Shown piece by piece: positions 40,101 to 53,600 of a stretch of DNA of 64,000 nt (its first letter is position 1; the number at the start of each line of letters is the position of its first letter). The notes below the pieces were generated by a model. It did no database searches. It was given only the letters and a program-made list of their open reading frames with translations, and had not been told where the DNA came from. The position numbers and the translations under genes are program-made. This DNA is from Ramazzottius varieornatus (Eukaryota > Animalia > Tardigrada): positions 393,552 to 457,551 of the forward strand of contig BDGG01000011.1 of NCBI GenBank assembly GCA_001949185.1. Direction: 5' to 3'.

Positions 40101-41266
40101 TATGTTTGCGTGTGTGAGGGATTGTTTTGTGCCTTGAATTTCTTTGATGGTCCGTGCGTCGAAAATTTATCGGTTTTGCTTTTGGTTCAGCTGTGTTTTT
40201 CGGTTTATACTTGCTAAGTATACGCTTGTGCTTTTTGTGTGGATGTTTTCGCTTCCGTGGGACGATGAAGACGCGAAAGACCTTCTGGCCAAGGAAGAAG
40301 GCCATGGCGCCATCGGGTGGGCCGCCGTAAAAGGCGCAAATGTAGCGCCCTTCGTGAATTCGCTGAATGGACGACACCTTTAGCATCTTCCTGTGGGAGA
40401 CACAGCCGGCTGGCAGGCCTTCTTCCTGCCGATGAGAGGAACTCTTGGGTCGGAAAGTCCAATTGTAGTGCGCTACACTTTCGGGGATGGTCATATAATG
40501 CGACAGGTCGATCAGCATGGCATCGCCCCGAAACTTGCGAATCTCTAGAGAAACGAAGTGATTCGATGAGCTGCTGAATAATCCATGTAGTTCAACGCTC
40601 GCACAGTATGCTTGAACCATACAGGATCATATTGGACATATTGACATTATTGTTTCCAAAGTGGATTCTCTTTTCAACCAGCGCAGTACTGTAGTTACCA
40701 AAAACAACTAAACGCACCAATTGGTACCTGTTCAATGGAGACGATCACGTCATCTTTTCCTCCCAGACTCCCCGTTACGGCAAACTTCAGCCGGTTCTTG
40801 TCCATGTCGATATCCGACAGGGAAGGAATCTCCAGGCTGTTACCTTCGAACTTGTACGTCCCACCCGTATCTACAAACCGGACCGGATTTTGTGAACGGT
40901 CTGAAGCAACCAACCGTCACACTTTCCTCTGCGTACCAATCAACACGATTCACCTGAGTTTAGTACATTCTCGAAGAGCTTTTCGCCAGGAAATATCCGC
41001 ACAATGCGGTACCAGTGCGCTTCCACAATCTTTTCGCCCCCTCCACTGTGCAACCGCGGTTTAAGCTTTACATCGTCGCCCAGATTACGCTGCATAACGC
41101 AGACTTTGGGCGACTCTTTGGTATAACCCATATCACAAATGTCCCATGAAGCTAGTGACAACTGCACAGATGCAAAAACACCTCGTCGGGCTACGAAACC
41201 CAGAAACAAGAGTATTTGACGAAAAATTAGCCACCATAATCTTTCATAAGCAAAACCAATTTTCAT
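37168..41266 (-). CDS. Type I membrane protein: signal peptide, Ig-like domains, poly-Asp linker, ZPBP/Sp38-like Cys-rich domain, GCC/ephrin-receptor-like repeat, TM, Pro-rich tail
   Basis: Ig motifs HEGRYIC and LKCP...VVWKR...GDLKM...EDSGEYVC. Segments YSATTC..EKLTEKFISQI..C..CH and YCSPGFGI...RCC/VACAAGHYS..CVPC..QYQSKPGSTTCEACP follow. TM is NILIAVSVTLAILVAAIG. Confidence 0.75.
39857..39928 (-). repeat. (GAC/GAT)n coding repeat, poly-Asp tract
   Basis: Encodes DDDDDDDDDDDDDDDGDDDDDDDDE between Lys-rich flanks in ORF 39103-40620. Confidence 0.9.
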
Positions 41267-41489
41267 CCTCCAGCAAAGGAAACATTCTCCCTCTCTCACT
41301 TTTCATCAAAACAATAGATTGAAAGCAGAATGATTAGCGACTTTTTGTTGCCATCATTTTGGGGGAAGATGCCTCCTTAGTGGGGAAGTCACCATGGTTT
41401 CTCTCATCACATAACGAATCACATAACGAAAACAGAGTCACAAAAATAAGTACTTTTGTCGTTCACGGGTGATGTGGTAAGGAGGCAAG

Positions 41490-44400
41490 ATGGCGTCGGA
41501 AGAGAATATCAGATTGGCGAAAGATGGCGACAGTCCGCCATCGCAAGTTCATCTGGATGCACTGTTCGGGCAATTTCAAGAGAAAGACCCCATCACCGAG
41601 TTCCCTCGCTTTCAAAATGTTCAGGTGGTCAAAAAAGGCTCTGGAGTTCTATCTCTTATCCGTGAGGAACGTATCATGGCCAGACGGAAAAGACTACAGC
41701 AGCGGTTAACCAGGGCCGATGGGTATTGAATTTCAACAAGAAAACGTTTCTTTATCGTTCTGTTGTGATAACTTATTGATTCCCGAAGCATAGTTGTTTC
41801 AGTTATTTTGGATTTTGGGGACAATTTTACTTCGATCGGATGAAGATAGTCTTTTGGTTTCAGAACAAGTCATCAACGAGACCCCGCCAAGAATGCCGAC
41901 AATACTAAGGATCAAGATCGCATGCCGACATTTCAGCCCGTTTTTGAAAGTACAAAGGTTTGTACTTCTTCCGTGGCGTTCCTTTCCCTCCTTCCATAAA
42001 GTATAATTTCATTATGGTTGAAAGAAAACAAGATGTGCTCTGTGCCATGTAGAATTTGAGGAGAACAATCTTACGGTCGGATTACGTGCTGAAATCTTAC
42101 GTGAAGGGCGCACTGCGTCGCCGGATAGCCCGCCACCAAGCTGTCCACCAACACTTTGACGGTCTCGAAAAACGCATCAAGAATAACCAGTGGTTGAGCA
42201 AGCAGAGACTATCGTCCAAATTCAACCAGTACGCGCAAATGGCTAACAATACCCTCGACGTCCAAGAGGTACGTCGGAAGCCATCGACGATTAGCAGAAA
42301 GAAATACTTGAAATTTGCCATGTTCATTAGTTGTCGATGCTTCTGAATAAACACAAGAAATACGGTACTGAGCTGATCAAAGCAAAGCAGTCTTTCGTGG
42401 ATGAACTGGAAGACGAACTCAAAGCTATGGACGACAATTTCTCGCGAATGCTCAAAAGCTTTCAGAAAGACATCGATGGCATTCGAAAGCGTGCTACGGA
42501 GTTCCCGACGAAATTAACTTCACTGTGTCGCCGAGAAATCTACGATCTAGACGTAGGGTCAGGAACATTTGGAAAGTCGGCGGTTGAAATTAAATTGTGC
42601 ATTCATTAGTAGAAAACATTCGCCGGCATCGAAAGCGATTACGTCAAAAAGACTATGGATACATGGGAAGAGGGACATTTGCAAGTCCGAGAGAAGGACG
42701 TATGTATGTCCTTTACCTCATTTAGCAAAACATTTGTTCGTTTGTCGGAAAAACGAGGGATCGGATCTAGGACAAGATAATGATTCAGCGAGAGGAGCTG
42801 GTGGAGGAAATCCTCAACAATATGAAAGTTTTACGGACGACCAAACTGGATTCATTTTTGTACGTCAAACTGATACTCGACAACGACGTTTTGGTCAGTC
42901 TTCAAACTCTTGCATGATTTCATTGATACAATAGAGACTGTGATTCTTACCTAGAATGGTTTCTGCAGCTGATGACGGAGCAACTTCAAAATATGCGAGC
43001 CAGCTTCTTGGTCAACGCTGAGAAGTTGGACTACAACCTGGAAATCATACAGCTGCGTGAAGAAGAATCTCTAAAGACCAAAAACAAGCAAAAGCGAATC
43101 ATCACCAAGATCCAGGACGAACTGGCTCGTGCCACTAACGAACTCCGGGCGGACGAGAAGAGGACTGTCAGCAAGCTGACCAAACACAAAAGCCAGTACA
43201 TAGTCATGACCACCGAACTGGTCCAGCTACACCAGCTATACGAGTAAGTCTTCTTCCCCACACTTCCCGAAACCAGTTTGGAGCTCGGCAAGGAGACTCG
43301 ACAGATTGTTTTTTCAAGTGGCGCACACTTTTAGTGCTAGTGGCTGAAGGTATGCGCCACTCGGGAGAACCATCTTGTCGAGTTTTTTTCACCTGGCGCA
43401 CATTTCCAGAGTTTTTAGCTGAACGCATGCGCCAGTCTGGGCAGACGATCTTTCGAGATTGTCTGCCGAGCTCCGTGTTCTACAGGCCCAAGTGCCGAAC
43501 TTCTTTTTACAGTGAAGCGGTGCATAAAGAATGGCAGATGTTTCGTGACTGCTGGATATCGAACGAACTAGCCTTACGTGATACACTACGGAATCTCCTG
43601 TTCATCGATCGCTTCATCACCGAAGAGATCTGCAACCAGAACTGGGCTCCTCTCGACCTGTAACAAGTTCGGTTTCAGGGTAAGCATTTCCACAAGCATA
43701 AAACAGAGACTTCTTGCAGGTGGTTCTTGACGCACATTGGACCGATCCACGCACCTCGATGGCGCGCCGTGATGGAGAATCATCGCCAAGAGCTCTCTTG
43801 CCTTCCTCGACCGCAACTAACCGCTCGGCTCGACGAGGACCAAAAGATTTGTTGGGGTATTATCACCGATCTCAACCGCCGTCTCAGTCGCTTCCGGCGC
43901 TTGTCCTTGGTCTCGCGGAAGCCGCTCAGGTCGACTCTTCCACCTATCAACGAACAGGAACCAGGGAGTAACGCAGTCACACAAACTCAAGTCACGCCAT
44001 ACGAGTTACCTTCCCATATTCTCGGTCCCGTCCTCCGGTGGATATTCAACCATCTGGACTTCTTCAACGAGGATTACGTCGTGGATGTTTTGAACGAGCT
44101 GTCGTGGCAGAATCGCTTTGCTTTCCAGATGCAGGCATTCCTAAACGAATTCAAAGACTTCGATTACGAGGACATCTGCAAACTCGCGCTCTTCTTCTTG
44201 AGATTCAGTTATAAAGTCAGTGATAAACAGCAGAAAGTCCCGCTTGAGCCAGTCGAACCGGGAGAGGTTGATGAGTGGTTAAGGAATCTCACACCGGAAG
44301 AATTTGCCAATCGACGAATTCAGTTCAACGACGTATTCGAAGCGCTGCAAGCTTGCATGCGGGATAAGCGCAATCAAGTGTAAGTCATCAATCAACTCGT

Positions 44401-45054
44401 CCAGTTCGTTGACGTCAAACATTTGCTTCTTACCGCTCTCCTTTGGTAGTTCATTTTAAAAGGTGGTTGATGAGGCTAAGCTTGTTGAACTTGTTTAGTG
44501 GACAAGAAAACGCGCACTTCGATATTGTAAAAGCCCAAGGACAGGGAAGAGACGCTTCCGCTGATGAGGACTACATGAACTGCTACCTTAGTGCTCTGGA
44601 CGTCCACAACAAGACAAAGGAATGGAACCAGCTACTCTACGGAATGCGGAAAGAATCGTAAGTTAGGATCCGGATCCAAAAGATCTTCGTTGTGAAACGC
44701 GGAAGTGACAATCCCTTTCTTCTTTTTTTTTGCAGCCAAATTTCCGAGAAGAAGCTGCAACTGACCGCTCGTACCGCTTCCCTTCACGACAAGAACCAGA
44801 AGTTAAAGTCCATAATAAAGGTCCAGCTAAGCAACAAGGAAGATCGGAAGTTCGTCTATCCACCATGGTGGTCCAGGATGGATGATGTGGCCGAGGTGCT
44901 CCTCAAAGAGATTGGTCAGCTGGACCGTCAGGCTGGTGCTCTGGCTGCTCGGCAACGTCTGCTGCCTTGGCATCGACATCTGACGGACACGCGAGGTACG
45001 AACCATGGACTGCCGAAAAGTCGAAGCTGGACGGGCGTAACGACTTCGCGATAA
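41490..45054 (+). CDS. DRC1: Dynein regulatory complex subunit 1 (CCDC164)
   Basis: EERIMARRKRLQQRL, AKQSFVDELEDELKAMDDNF and EQLQNMRASFLVNAEKLDYNLEIIQLREEES..KQKRIITKIQD match remembered DRC1 blocks in order. Multi-exon coiled-coil protein. Confidence 0.88.
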
Positions 45055-45639
45055 CTTTCGCTGGCGTGAAAGCTAGACTTACAAGGCTAATCAACTTCCG
45101 GTCAATCAACCAACAATACACTGGATATGCTAGCTACTGTCGCTCGATTGATGAGCTGTACTCGTAGTGTACATTTCTTGATTGAGCGTGTACGGCCTGA
45201 CTATCAAATGACGTCATGGCTCTTGCGTGTGTAACCGGTGCTACCTGCCGGGATTGTGATCTGTCCGTGACGTCACGCACTTTCCGATAGGCAAATTTGT
45301 GGGAATAAACCTATGACCAGAATTCCGAAAGAAAACGATCTGTACCGAAGAATTTCTTTCCCTTTTTCATCCAAAACTCCGACACGAGTAAACGGTTGTT
45401 TATCTAGGAACACGCAGGTGATTAGCGAAGGAGAAGCTGAAAAGGAATAAATTACGACAACGCGACGATAACGGCAAACAACAGAGCTGCTGATGTAATC
45501 AGGCTTCATTCACAACAAACCCCCTTTCTTCCACCCAATAATTCACGGCTAAATATTTTCAAAAAATCAAGGGAGAAACTGAGTACGTTACGCCATGGCC
45601 AGCGCCTTTCACTAGGTGACTGGGACGATGGGGAGGACG

Positions 45640-46109
45640 TTACTTGGTTTCTTGTTCGATATATTTGATCAAATGCGCCCTTTCGTCCTTCTTCTTCAAA
45701 CCAGCAAAGACCATCTTGGTTCCGGGGATATACTTGGCTGGATTTTCCAAATAGACAAATAACGTCTCCTTCCCCCATGTGATGCCTTTCTTTTGGTTCG
45801 CCTGGAAGAAGAAATCTATCACTATCAGTATCAGCATAACATTTCGCGCAGCAGATTCTTCTTGAAAATTACCTCTGTGTAATCAAAGCCTGGCGCTTGT
45901 CCCGTCTTCCTTCCCCATACCTAAAGAACCAACCAACATTACACATCTTCTGAACCATGAAAGGTAGGGTTTGGTAGAAGAAACCTTACGCCATGGAGAT
46001 TAGGGCCGGTCTTATGCTTTCCACCTTTCTCCACCGTATGACACTGAGCACACCGCTGGACGAAGATCTTCTTGCCCTTCTCGGCATCTCCCTCGGGTAT
46101 ATCCGCCAT
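45640..46109 (-). CDS. CYCS: Cytochrome c
   Basis: Three exons: [40 protein letters not shown]|[16 protein letters not shown]|ANQKKGITW...[14 protein letters not shown]. Contains the CxxCH heme motif. Confidence 0.97.
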
Positions 46110-46926
46110 GTCCGGTGTATAAGAGGCTAATTAGGAATAATATACTTGGAAAGAACAAAAAGGCGACAAGGACGAGAGAAGGCAAATTCTAGCGAAATCA
46201 AAGAAGAGAATCTCCGAAAAATCTGCTTGGAAAATGAAACTCCAAATTTTCCAATGTCTGCTGATGACGTAACTCCCACCTCCATTGGATTTCCACAATT
46301 TCACCGGGTGGAGCCAGCTTCCACTATTGGCCGGCAGTTGGATTCCAGTTGTCTCACTAAGATGGATTGTGGAACTTCGAAGTATTGGAGCCATTGTCCA
46401 CTGCGCCAAAATTACATGTGTAACAATGAAGACACCATCAGCGTACCGGTGATCACGTGGTATTGCTCACCGCTGATTGACGTTATGAGTCATGTGACCA
46501 CGGCCACCCTGATGATTTCTTCATTGTACGCTCGAACGTACCGAACGTATTTTCCGGCCAGAATTCAAAACTGGGTAACTGAATTCAAAACTGATTTTGA
46601 ACGTCGGGTTTATGAATGACGTAACGTTGCAGTGCTCATGTGTCAAATTCCATGACTGAGTCACTTATTTTACTTTGGTATGCAGCCACAATTAGAAGTC
46701 AAGCTCGCGAATACTTAGAAGCTCGCCAGGACAGCGGAAAGCGAAGAGCTACAAAATGTACAAAAACTTGCTGAGGTGAGAAGTCACTTTAGGAAAAATG
46801 GCGAGCGTAAGAAACAAGCGGTACAAAAACAACCAGTGGTCCTTGACTGAAAATATCAACCAGCGTGCACAGTAGTTCGACATCACAACTATTCCGTCGG
46901 CTTGCGTTCTTGAGCTTTATGTTCAT

Positions 46927-48912
46927 TTAGTACGAGCCATAAGACTGGTAGCTGGATGGCTTGGAGTATCCATAGCTGGGGGCTTCGTATCCGTACGATG
47001 GAGCCTTGTATCCATCGTTGTAGCTGTCGTACGAGGGCTTGGAGTAGGAATCGTAGCTGGGCTTGGAGTAGGAATCGTAGCTGGGCTTGGAGTAGCTGTC
47101 GTACGATGGAGCATACGACGGCTTCTCGTAGGACTTCTCATATCCATCTACAAAACAAAAAAAGAATGGTCCCCGTTTCACATACAGTAATATATTTGAA
47201 AATTCGCTCTTTCCTACGAATACCGCCAACGGGGCCGTGCACCGCACGAACCTGTTCAGATTGTCGTAAAAATTTCGTAGAAAAAAGACGCGCTCTTCCA
47301 TATCGAACTTACAGCTGGGCTTTGAGTAGGTATCATAGCTGGGCTTCGAGTAGGAATCGTACGAAGGAGTGTATGAAGGCTTCTCGTAGGACTTTTCGTA
47401 TCCATCTGGAACGAAAGGCAATCAGTTACCGTTTCGTCGTTTTAAATTGTTGGGTTCACGGCGAACTTACAGCTAGGCTTGGAGTAGGAGTCATAGCTGG
47501 GCTTGTAATCGTACGATGGCTGATAATCTGGACAAAGTTAACCGGTAAGTGTTCCGTCATTTACACCCAACAATGGTCGGTGAGGAAGTACAGCAAGGAA
47601 AATGCTCGCTTACCGTAGGATGGGGCCTTGTAGGAGTACGAGTCGTATGATTTGCCATCTGCAACAAGAGGACAAAAGAGATTAGCGATCCCAGCCTGCT
47701 CAACTGATCTGATCTGATGGGATTAGTGGTGCGACAGCGCCAGCTTACATGAAGGAGCATAAGACTTTTCGTAACCGTAAGATGGTTTCTCGTATCCGTC
47801 TGAGGAAAAAACCCCCAATTATTCAGTGAGCAATTTCATATCATAAGATACTGAAGCGTTTAGAAGCTTACAGCTGGGAGCTTCGTACGAAGGCTTCTCA
47901 TATCCGTCTACAACAACAGAGAGTAATAGATGAAATATTTTCCCGGGTAAGCTTCACGGACCGGCAGGAAGAAAAGAACGTACAGCTTGGTGCCTTGTAC
48001 GAATCGTAAGCGGGTTTCTCATAACCATCTGTAGAGAAGAGAACTCGATTAAACAAAGTTTCTCCGTTTCATTCACGCACTCAACCAAAAGAACCAGAAA
48101 CTTACACGAAGGTGCCTTGGACTCATAAGAAGGTGCTTTGTATTCGTACGAGGGTGCTTTGTACTCATACGAGGGAGCCTTGTACGAGTAGTCATAAGAC
48201 TTTCCATCTATATGAGGAAACCAAGAGGGTCTTCGAGTTTTCAACGACTTTTGTTTCTGAACTGGATATGTTTTTGCAAATTGAGTGCACTTACAGGAAG
48301 GAGGAGAGTATGAAGGGTACGATGGCTTGTACGAATCATATCCATACGAGGGCTTCTCATATCCGTAATCCTTTGGCTTGTAATCGTACGACTTGGGAGC
48401 ATAGGACTCCTTGTATCCATAGCTGTCGCCATATCCACCATAGGCCGGAGCTTGATATCCGTAGCTGTCTCCGTAACCATACGAGCTGTCATAGGACGAT
48501 CCGGGGTAGTGGCTGGGATATCCGCCGTATCCGTAGTAGACCTTCTTGGCTTTGGGCTTGTAGCTCTTGTCGTAGGAGGAAGCGGCGGCCTGCATGTCCT
48601 CGGCGGGGACGACGGCGGTGCTGGCTGGAGCAGCGGCAGCGGCCTTGGTGCTATTCTCCTGCTTCTGACACAGGGCCACACCCACGATACAGGCCAGAAA
48701 GACGACAAGCACCTGCATAAGAAAAAGACACCATACTTCATTCGAAACACTGAAAGCTCAACGACTGCAAATAACGGTCGGTTGGGAGTGAAACACAACG
48801 AGTTCGATGAAGCGAGGATATAATTGATGTGAAACGAGCTTCAATATAGTTTAGTAGGTACAGGAACAGACTAGTCCGTTGAGTATCGCGCTCTCACCTT
48901 GCTGTCCATCAT
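46927..48912 (-). CDS. Secreted Tyr/Ser/Lys/Pro/Gly-rich repeat structural protein, 10 exons
   Basis: Signal peptide MMDSK|VLVVFLACIVGVALC, then repeats YEKPSY, YKAPSY and SKPSYDSY. Exons: 48912-48898, 48712-48295, 48207-48106, 48028-47984, 47907-47872, 47799-47749, 47658-47614, 47527-47471, 47405-47313, 47147-46927. Confidence 0.88.
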
Positions 48913-49010
48913 TGCGGAAGTAATTTCCAAGGGGAATATCCAGGAAGAGTGAGGATAGATGAGGAACTGAGAGTGAGATGGATGATGGAGAAACTGGCTT
49001 ATCCGGCTGC

Positions 49011-49018
49011 TTTATATA
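49011..49018 (-). promoter_or_regulatory. TATA box of the Tyr-rich protein gene
   Basis: TATATAAA on the minus strand, ~100 bp upstream of the ATG. Confidence 0.6.
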
Positions 49019-50688
49019 CCTCGGGGAGACTCTACTTCCACGACGGAGTGGGCGGTCGTTAGTCCTTCAGCCATCGGACATGTCATATCGTTTGCTGACT
49101 CGCTCGATTGCCCATCGTTCCCCCGTACACGCGATAGATGGACAGAGGCTATAGGCCGCACCGCGCTGACGTCACGGCAGGTATACACCGCTGATAGTTT
49201 ACACAGACATGATATAAGTGGTGGGGGGTAATTAGAGAACGTCTTGATTGAATAAACATACGAACGTCAGTGCGTCTTTAACGGCTCACTTACACTTTAA
49301 CCAGTCGAGTGTGTCCATCGCACTGCACTGCACCCCCAAAGAAGCCTTCTCGGGAACTTCACCGTAAACTCTTGTCGAAGAAGTGCATGAGCGACCGGTA
49401 TATCTACATGGCGGATCTTGCTGCTCTTACGCTGAGGCACCTTGTAAGGTCGTATCGGATTTAACTTCCGGCTCAATTTTCATACTTTCAGGCTTACAAC
49501 TCATATGGTAAACAAAAAAATGTAATTCAGTTCCGCGGTAAACGATAACATTGTCCATGTCACGAACAGCAAAGTTGGAACTTCGGCAAACAAACTCGAC
49601 AAGGTTGCTCTTCTCAACTGGCGCACTCCTCCAGCTAATGACACTAAACACGCGCGCTACTTGGGAAAACGATCTTGTCAAACTTGTGAAGTGGCGCTTT
49701 CGTCCAGCTAATAACACTGAAAACGTGGGCCATGCGAAGCAAACGATCTTGCCGAGCTTGCAGTTCACCAGTCTTTTTTAGAAATTTTGTCATTTTTTTG
49801 GTGGTTGAGCGGGAACAGTTTTGTAAACTTCGAATAAAAACTGCTTTGACTAAGGGTCAATTTCTTATTTTTGGTTGAGGAATAAGGACCAATTGAACGT
49901 CTAGACGGTTGATGAAATCGAGATGATGACTTGTTCAGTCCGCCGTGACGCTTCCTCGAACGGAAGGAGTTCGCTACTTAATGCTGATTAATCTAAGCGG
50001 CCCATCACCGTCCATCATAACCTCCTCCAGCTCAGCTCGCCAATCTCAATTATAACCCACGCACCTTCCAATAAACTTTGCTTTGCTCGTTCATCTTCGC
50101 TTCATCTCATCGCATAATTTTTCCACCGACGCATGACATTACGTTATCGCACTTACCCTCTTTAACTTCATCCCCCGAAACCGTCACGAAAACTTTCTCA
50201 ACTAATTCCAACCTTACCTAAGGTCGATTAAAAATTAATCGGACCGTTCTTCCGGTCGAAGAGGAGGACTTAATTGGCCTACTTGCCCGTGTTCACTTTC
50301 TTTCTTGTTGCACAGAGAAAAGCAAGAATGGCAGTTGTTAACTTGTCATGTTACAGATATGCGTAGTATGCGTGGTTGGTTTCACCACAAACATGCAACA
50401 CGTGTCGAGGGTCGACAACGGGCGAAACGACGGAGAGCCGACCAAACGTGTTGGTTCTCTACTTTGCCACTTCAGCCCTTACTTTGACTTCTGTTTTCAC
50501 TTCCGTGTCTCTTCGTAAACTACTCAATTACACAGTGTCTTGTTTTTTCATGGTTCCCGTGAATGATCACTTGAAACTCAATTCATCAAGTACCCTCTTG
50601 CATAAGCCAAATAGTTTCTTTGAATTTTTATTCTGACTTTGTTGAATAAAACTGAATATTTTTCGATAAATCGATTTTAAATCTAAAA

Positions 50689-53600
50689 TTATATTGGAAG
50701 ACCCATTCTCTGTTTCGTAAAATTTAACGAGGGATATTTCGCAGAGAAACCAGGCATGCGGGACTTTATGGGCTGAGAAAGTATAAGCTTTAGTTGTTTC
50801 TTCAGAGCTTTGCTTTCTTTCGACTGCGCTTTCCTTGTTTTGCCTCCCGTCTGAATATTCATCTGTAAAGTTCAGTAAAGTTAATTTCAAAAATTTTCGA
50901 GTATTTGTACTCAATCGCGCACCTTTTTCTCGTCGTCTTCGTCGAGCATCATCTCGCTTTCTTCGGCTGCCTTGATGAACCATTCGTCGTTCGAGGCTTC
51001 TTTCCTCAGAGCGTGTTCGACCTGGTCAATCTTCCTGGCTAGGTCGACGCGTTCCTGGGCAAAGCGGAAGATCTTGCTGTCTACTTCGACCAGGGGCAGG
51101 TCGGTCTCTCGATGTAAGGCCCGTTGAATTTTTTGAGCAGCTGCTGCGTCACTGGGGTCCACTAGCATCACCGAACTACCCACTTTGAAGGCCCGCGCTG
51201 TCCGTCCACTACGATGAACGTACAGGTCGGGATTCCGCGGGACCTAAGAAACCCAAACACATTAATTTTAATTGGTCTTTTCATTTTGATTTGATAAACT
51301 AGCTTCATAAATATTACATTATTATTTCCTCAATTCCGAGCACTGTAGACAGCTGTTTCAAGACTGTTCTCCAAGTGGCGCACGCGTACGGTGTTAGTGG
51401 CTGAAAGCGCACGCCACTTCGGAAGCGACTTTGCCGAGCTCCCATGTTAGTCAGATGAAAACAGAAACGCTTCCGATGCCCGTAAAGGTGAAAAAATGGA
51501 GCTTTAAGGATAAGAAAAGTACCTGGTAGTGGATGACGCACTGGACATCGGGAATGTCCAGTCCGCGGGAAGCAACGTCGGAAGCTAACAGCACACCACG
51601 CGGGTTTTCTCGAAATCTTTCCAGATTCTTCAGTCGTTGTTTCTGATGCATGGCTGCGTGAAGAACCAAGGGCGAACGTCCAGTTTCTGGAAAGAAACAC
51701 GACGCTAAACTCCAGCAGCAGAAGGCAGCCAGGAATCTCTGATGCACCTGCACACCGCGCACGCTAGACTTATTGTAGCAGTCGCTGATGCAGGTGAAAA
51801 ATACTTTCGGAAGTCAAATTCCTTACCGGTGAGAAGGTATGAAAAGACACCGTACAGTCTTCGAACACAGTCCAAACTGTTACAGAAAACCAGCGTGCGA
51901 CCTGTGGCCTCCATCATCAAGAGGTAGTACAACAAGTAGTCTTTGTTCTTCAACGTACAGGGAAGACGATGTTCGCTCAGTCCACCGGCTGTTGCTTCTG
52001 GCTTACTTAAATCCACAACCTACAGTAAAGAAGTAAGAGCTCATCAGTCTGCCAAGAAAGAACCTCAAGAAACAACGACGTACCTTAGCGTTACTTTTGA
52101 GACCCAGGAGAGAAGAAATGTTTCCAATGCGGTCCTTGACTTCGTTGCTTCCTGCTTGCTCTACAGGACGACGCTTCTGTATGGACTTGTCGACGTCGAG
52201 TTGGAGCGTGGCGGAAAAGACGAACGTTTGTCTTTTGGCAGCGGCCCGTTCGTCGGCGTTGAGTCGTTCTAGGATGTCGGTGAGTTCTCGGAAGTGACCG
52301 TGCTCGACCATCCGATCAGCTTCGTCGATGACCAGATAGCGAACGGTGTGGAGGCAAGCCAGGTATGGCGTTTGAGTCTGCATGTGGTCGAACAAACGCC
52401 CGGGTGTGGCGATGATTATGTCTGGTCGACGGCTTAGGAGCCGATCTTGCTTCTCCTAGAAAGCGAAAGACTTGAACAGGTTGCATAAGCAAACAAAAAC
52501 AAACATGGGAAGATGTCGCACAAACCCGCACACACGATCCCTATGGTAAGTGCACAGATTACTGTATGCAGGTACGAACGTTCACCTGCGTGCACTAAAA
52601 ATCCACTCTACTACGACGGACGCGTTTGCAGGTGAAGGACGGTCTCGCAGCACACATTAACGTTCGCTTCCTGGATAGTATGATGTAGAGGCATACCTTA
52701 AACATGCCTCCCACGATCAGAACGGTCTTGATACCGGTGTACTTCCCCACCGCGTCAATGTGAGTTTTGATCTGAGAGGCCAGTTCGCGTGTCGGCGTGA
52801 TGATGATGGCTCGTAAATGTGTCTCGCTTTCGGCTTCTTCGGAAGCTTTATCCGCCATGATGTTCTCCAAGAGAGGAATACCAAAAGCCAAAGTCTTTCC
52901 ACTTCCGGTCTCAGCAGCCCCGATGATGTCTCTACGACTGCGAATGGCGAGTGGCAGGCATTCTTCCTGGATGGGTGTCGGGTTGTGAAAATTCATCTCC
53001 TTGAGGGCTTTGACGATGACGCTGGACACCTCCAACTGCTCCCAACGCGACGGTTCACATTCTGGCCTTTCGTCAGAGGATCCTCGGGCTGTTTCTACAA
53101 AAGAACGACAGCTACCTACATGTTTTATTGGCCCGGAAGAGGAGGAACCTCGATCAACCAACGCATGCAACCATCGTTTAACACACGAGCTTGCGCCGTC
53201 CAGATCATCGTTCATTGCAAGTAACCCAGAGAGCTGCGCGCGCGACGTCATATATTCAAGTTAACACCATACTCTTAATGGTGAGGTCATGCGCTAACTA
53301 ACACAAAATATCAATGCTACGCTGTTTTGGATACCTTGGGTTTCATCTTCCCTCCGGGGATCGCCTGTGCCCGGTTCTTCTTCTTCGATTTCCTCCTGCT
53401 CCTTTTCACCGTTATCTTTGATCGCATTTGTGTTTGCGGCTGTTTCTTCCGGACGGTCAGGTTGGGCTTCGTCCTCTTCCGGTTCAGCCTTCTTCTTCTT
53501 CTGGCGTTTGGCTTTGCGGTCTTCCTTGCGCTTCTCCGCTTTCAGTTTTCGCTTCGAAACATCACGAGTCACTTCCGTCTCACCCTCCTTAGTCTTTTTT

